Below are positions 47,527-60,057 of a stretch of DNA of 64,000 bases, piece after piece (positions within the stretch are counted from its first letter, which is position 1; each line of letters opens with the position of its first letter). The notes beneath the pieces were generated by a model. It did not search any database. It was not told the origin of the DNA and worked only from the letters and a program-made list of their open reading frames with translations. A program made the position numbers and the translations under genes. Source of the DNA: Paraspadella gotoi (taxonomy: Eukaryota; Animalia; Chaetognatha); NCBI GenBank assembly GCA_051294375.1, contig CM119270.1:9549530-9613529 (forward strand). Reading direction: 5' to 3'.

Positions 47527-48788
47527 CTACTTGGGACAGCTACCGCCGCTACCACCGCTGTCTTCGCTCTTCGGAGAGTCGAAAGACTTGGCGCCATTCA
47601 TCTTTCTCGCCTCGTGGTGACCTTCAGCCGTGGTTGCCGGCGTGGGTGACGGAGTCTTTCCACCGGAAGAGGAGGCACGCCCACTCGCGCTTCCTTCACG
47701 GGATTCGCTTTTATCCCGCGAAGGGCAATCCGCGATCAGATGATCCTCACTCTTGCAATTATGGCACCTGGTTGACGCCAAAAACGAAAGTACGTTGATG
47801 AGAGAAAATAAATCTATTCTTCGATTCTTTTATTTCTATATCATACTTCTTACCGTTTGGGTAGAGGACCGAAAGGGCACTTTGATGCTATATGCTTGGT
47901 GAAGTCTCCACAGTTGTAGCATCTTATTTTTCTTCCGGGATGACGACGCGATTTGGGTCTCCGGTTGCTTCCCTTGCAACTCTCACCTCCCGGACCAGAG
48001 ACAAACGTAGCTTCCAAACCTGGAATGCAAAGCAATTCCGTGTCGGAAGAGGAATAGGGCCGAAAAAGCAGTCACGGAATTGTTACCTTTGTCGGTGATT
48101 TTGTATTCGACCTCGACCTCTTCGTCCTCGGCCAAACTACGGAAGCCCGGCATGCAGATGACGGATTGGTGCACGAAGATGTCGTTGGAACCTGAGCCAT
48201 CGTCAGACGATGCTCGTTCCCCGCCCTCCGTAGAACCCTCTGTGCCCGATCCCGTACCAGAACCCATGTCGGACCGCGGACCGGACGCGCCCGTCAGAAC
48301 TGACTCTGGCTCGGAATCGGGACCGGATCCTCCTTCCGAGGCGGAACCTATAGGATGAGTTAATAATCTAATTTAAATAACGCCTTCCAAACAATTACTA
48401 TCGAATTCTTGTGAAAAAATTCTTACCGAGAAGAGAAGTCGCCAACACATCATCGGGACGCAAAACTGGCGTCATCGGCGTAATGAAGCCAAAACCTTTA
48501 GCCACGTCGAACCACTTACATTTTCCTTTAATTCTCCGCCCATTGTAACGCGGCACTCCCTAAATCGAATTTTTAAAAAATTATAATTCCATTAAAATAG
48601 TTAAATTCTAGTTTTTTATATGTAATTATTAAAATAAAAAAAATGGTTAAGCCTTATCGCACCTCTTCCCCACTTCCTCTAGGTGACGTGGGCTCCACTT
48701 CCGGGGGCGCTACGAGCCCGGAAGTCGGACTGGTCGGCGACACCAGTGACCTTCCGGTAACGGCGGGAGGAGGACCACCGGTAGCCAT
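47527..48788 (-). CDS. lin-28: LIN-28 (cold-shock domain + two CCHC zinc knuckles)
   Basis: Exons 48788-48663, 48559-48427 (GKCKWFDVAKGFGFI), 48347-48087 (DIFVHQSVICMPGFRSL), 48019-47854 (CYNCGDFTKHIASKC), 47767-47527 (CHNCKSEDHLIADC); phases consistent. Confidence 0.97.
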
Positions 48789-51307
48789 TTCAAACTTGCA
48801 AATTAATAATAGTCGAGCAAAAAAAATACCCGTATCGTTGAGTTTCAATAATATTTGCTTTGGTTAGCGTCTAAACTACATTGCGCGTCGGCGGCCGCCG
48901 GCTAGCGGCATGGTTAGCATAAAAGGTACATTGCTTTAGTAGTTTTTTCCAAGCATTTAAAAATGAAGAGATTTTGTTGTTTTTCCAAGCGAGTTGCAGC
49001 GACGTTGGTTGATAAGGCAAATTACTTCATGATGTAATAACCACAGAAGCGAATAAAGACTTGTGAAAGAATGATGATTGTCAGCTTCAGATCATTCTGT
49101 ATGTTCCAGGTGACCCGATGAAAAACCCCACCCCAATAAAGTTCGGTCGCGAATTAACCATCGAAGTAAAAACTGATGATATTTAAAACTAGAAACAACA
49201 CTAATTTTATAGAACTTTTTATATAAATTAGTCGATGAAGACAATCTTCTGAAAAAAATAAAGACAACAATATTATAAGTTCGCGAAAATGAAAGGAACA
49301 AAAATTGTAATACAATTTGTAAGGAGGAGTTTTAAGATTCCAAAAAATTAATATTAATATCGTCAGCGGAGGCCAGCATATTCAATGGGTCATGGACAAG
49401 GTGTTAAGATTTATTTTAGGAAGGATGCTGTTAAACGCGAGAAAAAAATCGTTAGGAGGTTTGCGTTTCCCCTTAATGCAACCGAGAGCCGCTGGAAGAA
49501 ATGTTTACATTCCATGGAGTTAATTTTTCCCCATCGTCTCGCATTTTTGTGAGCAAAGGCTTTGAAGAAAGGAAGGGCCTTCTTGTCCCATCCTAGACAA
49601 ACAGATTAAAATCTCAGCTTACATCTGTGGCTACGACACAAATACGAAAACTAACTTTTTAAATAGAAAAACAACATGAATAGAAAATATTCGAGTCATT
49701 GGCAGTTGTCAAAGAGAAAGGCCAGAAGGCCACGTTTAAATTGACGAAATTCGAAAGTCAGTGCCTCAACTGAAAATTTGAGACATTCGTAAAGTTCTTA
49801 ATAGTTTTAATAGTAATTCTAAAATTATCAGATCATTAACACAAAGATGAGAGGTCGAAAAAAGGCCATGGAAATTTGAAAATAAAAGCTTGGGCAGCCT
49901 CACGAGGGAAAAAAAATCCGTCAAAGATGAAGCGTGGTTTCTTCTCGGCCCGGATCGAGCACCGCGCCCGAGAAACTCGGGGCCGACATCGCTTAAAGGA
50001 GCGCCGCGCAAAAACCACCAAAGACAATAGAGATTTTCCGAAGTTGAATCATGAGTTATTTATGCCCCTTGAAATTTAAATGCTCCATGAAATTGAGCGT
50101 TAAAGCCCTCGTTTCCTAACCTAACTCTAATGCAATTCGACATCATATGAAAAGAATTAAATGAAGCTCACTAAGTTAACAAGGAAACGTATAAAGTATA
50201 AACGATGAAAAATAAATAGCGAAGCTTGGTGATAAATTTTAGCTACAATTGATTAAAGTCTTTTGATATACTTTAATGAAAATGTTTCCCAGACAGTTTG
50301 ACGCCATAAATTTTTATTGGATATGATTTTTCTTGATTCCTGATTCTAAATATATTCTATATATACTGAATATAGAGCTGCAGTGTAAATTAGTTTAATA
50401 TTTAGGAGTGTAATGGCAAAATTAAACCTAGATTTATTTTCATATCAATATACCCTAACCTATACCTATTCACTATTTTCTAGTTATTGTAAAAGGCCGG
50501 AATGTCAAAAGTTTTTTATTTGGGTTTTAAACTTTCTATTTCATACTAAGAAAATAATCACTAATAAATCTACTCAATACATGATCTGATTGAAAAATTC
50601 ACGTTATACTCTTCAAGCCAAATATTGAGATCAGGACCGTCCTTTGTCGCGTTAGTAAATATTGTGCTTTTATAAAATATTTAATAAGACTTGAGCAACA
50701 GCGTGAACTTTCAATCATTGATATCAACAGCAAAGCGCAACGTTCGTCAACGTGACATTCAGACAAACTGCTTATTTGTGGCACATAAATCATTTCATCT
50801 CCAAATAAACTTAAATTTAAACATTCCCTTATTTTTTAAAACTACATATAGAATATATGTAAAAGAATATTTGAGGCTCGAAAAACTAATCAACAACAAT
50901 TTAAATTCAAAACGATTTTCTCATTGGATAATTTACTTTTGAAATTCCTTTCAGTAGATACGGGTGCCAGCACCATGTAAAAAAAGAAAATATTTTTAAC
51001 TAAAATTTGAAAACGTCCACAATAAAAAAAATAAACTGGTCATTTAAGCAGGGGCGAAAGAAACTACGGGAATATCGAAAAAAATCGTGCAAATATTTTT
51101 CATTATACGATTTTATAAAAATGAAATGTTGACAAACATTTCTAAATTTCTTGAAAATAGAAAATAGTGAACCAAAAAAAGAACGGCAACAACATCATTA
51201 CGTCACGCGAAAAAAAATGTACTACGCTAAGTTACTAATGTCATAACGTTATAACTAATGTTATTACAAAAAAAAAAATTGAGAATTGACCGAATTAGAG
51301 TTACACT

Positions 51308-51982
<675 letters not shown>

Positions 51983-53100
51983 TCACTACCCGTCGGATAC
52001 GACTGTTCCTTCCATCAGCGCCGTAATAGTGCACTGGGCTAATGCTTCATCACCAAAAACAATGGTCCCCGGTGAAACCACCGGTAACAAGCCTAGCACC
52101 GGATCCAAAGTTCCGGAAAGCAAGGCAACTGACGGAAAAAATATCCCAGACTAACTGGGCACTTAAGTGATGAGTAAGGCATAGTGAAAGTTACCGATCA
52201 AAATTCGAATAGTTGATCATGAACAGTCTTGTACTAGAGAATTTTTTTTAAATTTCTCAATTTTCGCATTCGCGCATATTTTAAAATGTTAAAATATTAA
52301 AAAAGTTTTTTCTTGTTTTGAAAGCAGATTCGAATTCCTCGTAAAACGTTGATAAAAGAAAATATAAGTCTTCATCAAAAATTCTTTCATTAAGTTAGCT
52401 AAAAATTAAAAAAAACTTTATTATAATAATTAATAATAATAATTAACAAATAAAAATCTTAAAAGCATAAGGATCGTCGCAATCGCATAAGAAAAATCTA
52501 GATTGACGAAAAATTTTGATACTAAAAAAAATAAAATTTGAGAAAAAAAAATTTATAAACAGAAAGAAAAAATTATAAATTAAAGTTACAGTTTCTGAGG
52601 ATAAAAAAGAAAAAAAAATTTTCATTGTCAAAAAATAAACTAATCAGCAGACGCAAAAAAAAAACGAAATAAAAACCTGATGTTGCAATAGCAAAATGAT
52701 AACATGCACGAATGCCATGCCTAATTTTACGAGTTCAATCCTATTTCAATTTTTTTTTATAAAAACGCAGAAAGAAAAAAAGAAAGAAATCAAAAGGCAG
52801 CAGCAGAAGCAGCAGGAGAAAAGAGAGAAAAAGAATAAGCCCTGCAGAGCAAGCTGCAGACTCGTTTTTTTCCTTATGTTATGAACCAGTGACTAGGGAA
52901 AAGAGAGAGGGAGAGAGACATGTTATTAAAAGAGGAAAGAGAGAGAAAAAGAAATATAAAAATAAAAGAAAGAAAATTTGTTTGTTTTGATAAAACATAA
53001 ACAAAATATATTTAATAACTGTCCAGACTCAATTTTAAGCACATTGATGATGAGAAGCTGTATATAAATTTTCAGCTTCATACACCCAAATTTAATCATC

Positions 53101-53990
53101 ACAAGTTTGAGCAAACAATGTCGGATCTGCCTACAATAATTAAGTGGTAATAAGCTAACTTGGTCAACTTGCATAATTTAATCAATTTGCATAATTTGTT
53201 TAACTAACATAATTTGGTCAATTAAGATAATTTGGTCAACTGGCATAATTTTATCAACTGGCATAATTTGGTCAACTGGCATAATTTGGTCAAATGGCAT
53301 AATTTGGTCAAATGGCATAATTTGGTCAATCAATCAGAGAGAGATAGAGAGAGAAAAACTTTTAAAAATTCAAATAAATGTGTCTTTTGATTTTCAAATT
53401 TGAACTCTTTTTCACTCCTACGATTCCATCAAAAAATTTATATCCAGCTTTATCACATACTTTCCTACCCACACACAAAATTCAATTTCAATTTATCTAT
53501 CCAATTTTTAATAAACATAATTATGAGTAAATTTAAGTAAAAATACTTCAAGTAAATATGACTTTTGTTTTTTCCATTTAACTCATTTCCACTCGCACGA
53601 TTCCATCGAAACTTTATATCCAGCTCAATCACACACTTTCCTACCATCATACAAAATTTCAAGTCAATTGCCTTATCCACTCATGAGCAATTGGCGTTCA
53701 AATAGTGAAATAGATTTTTTTTGTTTCACACAGTTTCCTACCGACACACAAAATTTCATACCAATCCATCCATCCAATCACGAGTAATTGGAATTTTTTT
53801 GCTAAGGGGGGATGGACAGACAGACAGACGGACGGACGGACAGATAGATGAACATTTTTTTTGCATAATTTATCATAATTCGAGGTTCTGATAGGATAAT
53901 AATTTACCGATAATATTTTGGGGTGGGACCGACGGACCGACAAAGTGAATTATAGAGTCGGAATCTGCTGATAAGCAGATCCGACTAAAA
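53101..53990 (-). mobile_element. Apparently complete non-autonomous Helentron (HINE/DINE-1-like) inserted in another repeat
   Basis: Sub-terminal inverted repeat GTCGGATCTGC (53120-53130) / GCAGATCCGAC (53975-53985), adjacent partial IR, GACR microsatellite 53815-53845, internal tandem repeat 53150-53330, terminal hairpin, insertion into an A/T run. Confidence 0.75.
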
Positions 53991-56900
53991 AAAGCGATTT
54001 ATAATTTGGAACGCCGACGACAATAACGACGACGACAATGACGACGCCACTTATGGGCAAAAGCGTTACAATATCGTTATATTTGTTTTATTTAAAAATC
54101 TTCACAGGTACAAGCCTGTACATAATCTACTATTTGAATTTTGATTCTCCTTGATTTCAATATTTTTGCTACCCTTTAGTATTGGGGCTGTCCACACTCA
54201 CAGAGAGGTATGGCAACCCTCTCTCTTCTTGGTCACTTCACCTTGATGAATTCTGGGAAATACAAGCTGCATAAGAAATTATCTTGTTGAGAAAACGAGA
54301 AAAAATTAAAATTATTTTATCAAAATAATTTTTTAAATAAAATATAATTGTAGTATAGTTGAGGTGATATATAGTTTTTCAATAAATTTATATTATACTG
54401 CTCCATCTCTACCCCTTAACGATAATTATAACTACGTATGTTACAGAAAAGCAGAGGATAGGCTCTTTTATAGAGTATTCAGAATAACGGAGATCCTATC
54501 TGGAATAGATGGGAAAAGAATATAGTAAAAAGCGAGAGGAAACAAAAGTTTCAAGCGTAAAGTCTTGAACTAAGCTAGCCAACCAGTAAAAATCTAAAAA
54601 GTGAAGAGACAGTAATTATTGTTATGAGCGAGTGACAGAACCGTTCAAAATAAGCAGTCCCTGAGCTTCGGATCAGGCTGTAACACCCGTGCTACAGGTG
54701 GGTTAAGCGCACCGCCCCTCTTAACTGCGAGGCGACCACCGGGCAAGAACCCCGGATCTTTGGGTTGGGAGGCGAATGACTTGTCTCCGGCACCAATGGC
54801 CGCTGATGAATAGTTGGTGGATTTTAGTCCACCATAATAGTAACTGAAAAAAGTTTATAAACTCGTAATTATCCTGGTTCTAATTAACTTTTTAAATAGT
54901 AAAAATAAATTTTCCGAACCAAAGAGAAATGAAAGTAGGGTCTATTAATTAATTTTATAAGATACGATATGCATTTCAATCTTAAAAATTTTGAACAAAT
55001 TTACATATCACAGTTGTAACACATGTCAATAATAAGGCCGAGTTCATATTCGGATGGGAATTCACCATTTTTATTTTAAAAAATTAGCTCTTCTATAATT
55101 TGAAACTACAGTTATGCTTAAATTGCGAGTTTAATTTCATTTTGTAAATATACATGGACTTCAGCTTAGATCAAAACGAAAGACTTACTCTATAATCAGC
55201 AATATAGATATCAAATAATAATTTTAATAATACTTTATGATTTTAAGGCAAAGTCTAAAACAAAATTTTATTTATGAACAATGGTTACTCTTATCAATAC
55301 TGTCTTATCTTATATCTAAAATTATCCTTGTTATAACAAAGCCTGTCCAAAGTCAGGGGCAAGATAGCTCATTTATTAAATGAATGGATAATTTTTATAT
55401 TGGTTGTACCACTTTCATAAGCAAATTATGTATATTGTGATTAGATAACTTTAGAATCTTTATTAACCAAAAAAAACTTAATTTTAATCAGGACTGAAAG
55501 TTAAATTTAATAGTGAAAATTCTGCTGTATCAGAAAGTTATCATGTTAAGATAAACTTAAGATTATATTACAAATTCTTCCGTTTCACTCCATTCTTAAG
55601 TCAATGTAGGGAAAAATATCCAGTAAATTTTCATTGAATTTGTTTAAATCAAATTTTTAAAAGACAGTTTTTTAAAGTACTCCAAAAAAATAAATTAAGT
55701 GTAAAAAACTAAAAACGGATTTACTATATTTTCATAAATGATAATAAACTAATACCCTAGGTTATAATTTTTTAAAAAATAGTTTCACAAAGATGAAAAC
55801 ATATTGTTAATGATACAATACAAACGCTAAAGCAGTTAAGCTCCAGTAATCCAACTTTTGTTATACAACTTACAAGACATTTTAAAATATATTTACTAAA
55901 GAAATAAGGATGAGCTACTTTGGCAGAAATCGCTATCCCAGTATTTTCATAATTTATATATTATTATATTTTATGAATGCCAATTAAAGCCCACTTTAAA
56001 CTGAAGGACATTCGGACAAATTTCAACCATTTTGTTATTTTTTATTTTTGTTTTTAAATTCATGATCCAAAACATTTACAACGCTTTGCTGTGGAAAGAA
56101 GCTTGTTTGAAGGACCATAAAAGTGTAGTATAGAGCCGCACCTGCTCTACCAATTACTTTTCTAACAGTTAAATTTCTTGGGGTTGAAACTAAACTTAAA
56201 TATAATGTAAGAAGATAAAATTACAAAAAGTCAAGCATCTCACAAACTTAGTAAATAAAATCATTTTCAAACTATCACAGGTACAAATTTAAAGAAGAAT
56301 TTTTCTTACTCGTATTGAGCAAACTAAGTTAATACAAGCATAAATAACATCTTTAATGCATAGTCACGGTTTGCAATAAGAAAAAGCGTTGTAAGAAAAA
56401 AATATTTTAAAAATACTGACCTTATATATAAATATAATTGGTCTTCAAGTTTAAAAAAAATCGAGAAATCTTATCTTGAACGAATTTCCTAACATTTACA
56501 GATCCATTCTAAAAAAACAGCCACCTTAAAGAGTGCCAGTTACCCAAAAAAATTACAAAACCACTATCAAATAATGTTTAATGCTTATGTGACTCTTTCG
56601 TGAAACGAGATGACACGAAATAATTTTTTTTTAGTGATCAGCTAAAAAGGGGAGGTATTTTAGCACACGCCATAAAAGTATCTTATATGTACAAAAAATA
56701 AAAACATCATAAATCCATTAATGCAACAATTATTTAGTGACAGTAATGAGGCTATTAATAAATAATCATTCCTGCAACAAATCGTGCATAAAACTTGTCT
56801 ACATGTAACTTTTTGGAAAGAGCCCAAACCAATTTGAGGCTAGAAAATGAGAATTCAAATATAGGACCATGGAGAGATCGTTTTAAAGTTTTTTTGGCTA

Positions 56901-57301
56901 TGAAAGTTTCAACACAGTATGATTTATGCGAAAGGACTGATTAAAAAAAAATAAAGGGAATCGCAAGAAGCCATCCTAAAAATTCGAAATAAGAGCTCAC
57001 ACATGAATAGGCATTATTACACAAACACAAATTGACCGTTTTTCTATTATTTTTTATAAAATTTACAGAGATGGCCTCACAAACTTTTTTAAAAATTTCA
57101 ATTGTAAAAAGTTAAAAATTCATCTTTTTTATTCCCTTTGTTAACGAAAAATTAATAAAACAGTAACCAAAAACAAATTTACATACTGTATTTTCTACAA
57201 AATTGGATTTTATTATTCCTTCTCGCTTATGCGGCCATGCCTGTAACTCCGCATGAAATCATAGTGCGTCTGACCACTTCGACTCAAAAGAAGAAGGGAG
57301 A

Positions 57302-60057
57302 TCAAGTATCGTCGTCCTCATCGTCGACGTCGCTCCCCTCGCTGGCACCCCTGTCTCCGGCTCCAACTACAGAGGACTCATCCGACTCGTCCCTCCCTCC
57401 CTCTGCTCCCTCTTCTCCTCCTCCCCCACTCGCTCCCCCGACAACGCTCCTCCTTTCTTCTCCCACTCTTTTGTTCTCCTGATATTCGCCGATGATCTCC
57501 CCGAGAATGTCGCGAAACTTGGGCCAAAACTTTTCTGGCACGGTGATGGCCGTGCGAAAGTTAGAGCGGACCTCGGAGACGCGCAGGAACGTTCCGCGTT
57601 GATTGTTTCCCGTGTCGAAGTAGAAGATTTTACTGTCAGCTCTCATGAACCTGCTGGCGGGCAACTTGGCCTGACCGCCGCCCTCGTCCAGGCCGAACTC
57701 TTCCAAGAGGTCGGTGAGGGCGTCGCGAAATTCGATTAGGCCCTGCGCAGGAATGGCGATCTGCGAACGGCCGCCGGCGACGCCGCCAGCGCCGACGCCG
57801 CCCGCCGCGGCCATACCAGCCCCGCCCATCATTCCGCCGCCGCCGGCCACGGGGTTGGTCTGCGAAACGCGCAGGAATCGGCCGCGCTGATTCTCTTTCA
57901 GGTCCAAGTAGTAGCGACGATTATCCTTGACGATGATCTCGCTCTTCAGCTTTCCGTCCTCGGGGAGGTTCTCCTGACTGGGAGGACCAAGCGAAGCGTA
58001 GTGCTCGCTGAAGTCGGTGAGGTGGTCACGAAATTCCGCGGCTGAAAAAAAAATGAACGGCCATCTTTAAGGGTTAAATTACTAGTAGGCTAATCACTCA
58101 AAGCAGGAGACAGAATTAATCAGAATATAATAAAACTTAAAACGAGAACCCATAAAATCTGCAGCCACTTGTGCCACCGGTAGATTCAATCCTGATCAGC
58201 CGAGGAAGTTAGCTAACCGAGAATCGCACCAACGACTTGTGAATTGCCACTTTGGCGAGAGAGATTCGATTGAGGGGAACAACAATTATCAACAACAAAA
58301 ATCTTTCGATCGTTACACATCGATATCTGACTTTCGATTTTTTTTTAAAAGGTCGCACGCACAAACTCATCGAGAATAATTCCTTTGTGTAACCTCTGAC
58401 TCCAACCCATACATCTCCTTTCTTCCGGTAACCAATAAAAAAATTGAAAAGCCTCGTGTATACTTTATGATTAAAAAGATAAAAATCAAATCAAGTCGCT
58501 CACAGAAAACAGTCGGACCATTTCTCCGACCCATTTCTCAGACCAGGCCACTTCAACCGGAAAGCGATAATTACCGCAAACGACGTCCACCGTCTACCAG
58601 GAAGACGAGGTGGGGATTCATCAAGCTGCAAACCTACTCAACCCTGAACAGAAGCTGTGGTCAGTCTTGAGCTCATTAAACAAGAAAAATGACATCTTCA
58701 TCTTTAGGTCATCATGAAAAGCCTGGAAGAACGGAACCAATCGCTTCCCAAACCACCCCTCGGCCTCGAGGCTCTCCGGAAGTGGTAAAAACCGCGGCGT
58801 GGAAAATGGCGACAGAAAAATTCTTCGAAACTCATCCTCGCCGTTCGTGTCTTAAATCCAAAGACAAGAGAATCGGGGAAACAGATACTTTTCTAAGTCT
58901 TATGTTCGAAATCATCGATATCCTTTGTTAAAAAAAAGGCGAAAGCAAGAATTACCTCGATGCGTGGAATAATAATTTCAAAATAAACTTTCAATCTTAG
59001 ATAAAAATTCTAATAAAATAAAAAAGGAGCCTCTGAGTTATTGATAGTGGTCGGGACTTAACAATTGATAAAAAGTTTTAAAAAATCATTTCATCTATTA
59101 TTACGTATTTTAAGTTTTAAAATTGCGTATAGAAACGCGTGGAAGCACGTAAAAAACCCGAGAGGCGCCCGGAAGCCGCAGACTGACTCGACGACCCAAA
59201 GATGTTTTTCCGGACACGCGATTGGCCGCCGAATCTTGTCGGTCGTCGGCCGGAGTTCTTGTCGGCCAAAGTAAAAAAATTCTCTTCCTCCTCGATTGAC
59301 CCCCGACTGTAAAAAAAACCGAAGCTAAATAACCTTCAGGGCCGATTGTATTGTATTGTATGTTTTCAATTATATGACGTCAAGAAAAACCTTTAACTCT
59401 TGGAAATATTACAAAACCACTAGAAACAACCAAAGGACTGAAGAATTTAGTCATACAATTAGAAATATCCCATTGTCTCCCAACATCAGCCAAAAAAAAA
59501 CAAACCATAACGACTTGCTCACCTGTGAACATGGAAAGCAACAGCCTGGACTTTTTTCCGCCGGCTCCCACCTCGGCGATCTTCATGAACCTTCCCCTGT
59601 GATTCTGCTTCACGTCTAGATAAAACCTCTTCGACTGTATCTGCAGCATTTTCGTCGCGAGTTCTTCCTCATGGCCTGCGGCTCCGAGAGCTTGCGCGCC
59701 GGGCGCTGCACCGCGTGCGCCGCCGCCGCTCCCGGGCACGCCCCCACGACCCATCGGTCCACCAGGGCCACCACCACCTCCTCCTCCGGGGACCCCTCCA
59801 CCTCCGGGATGATGGTGTGGGTGAGGTGGGTGGTGATACCCGCCGACCGCTGCACCAGGGGGAAGGTTGATCGGGGGCGGGGGTGGGTGATGATGGTGGT
59901 GGTGATGAGAGCCTGGGGGCGGGAGGCCACCGCCGTGACCGCCGCCTCCACCGCCCATGTGGCCCGGCATTCTCTTGACGGGGAGTTCGAGATGCGGAGA
60001 GAGTCGTCGACGAGAGAGTTGGCGATATGAGTCGGAATCGTCGCCGTTCAAAACCAT
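57302..60057 (-). CDS. PURA: Pur-alpha (PUR-repeat single-stranded nucleic-acid-binding protein)
   Basis: Exons 60057-59523 ([33 protein letters not shown]) and 58041-57302 ([21 protein letters not shown]; [21 protein letters not shown]); three PUR repeats. Start ATG uncertain. Confidence 0.95.
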
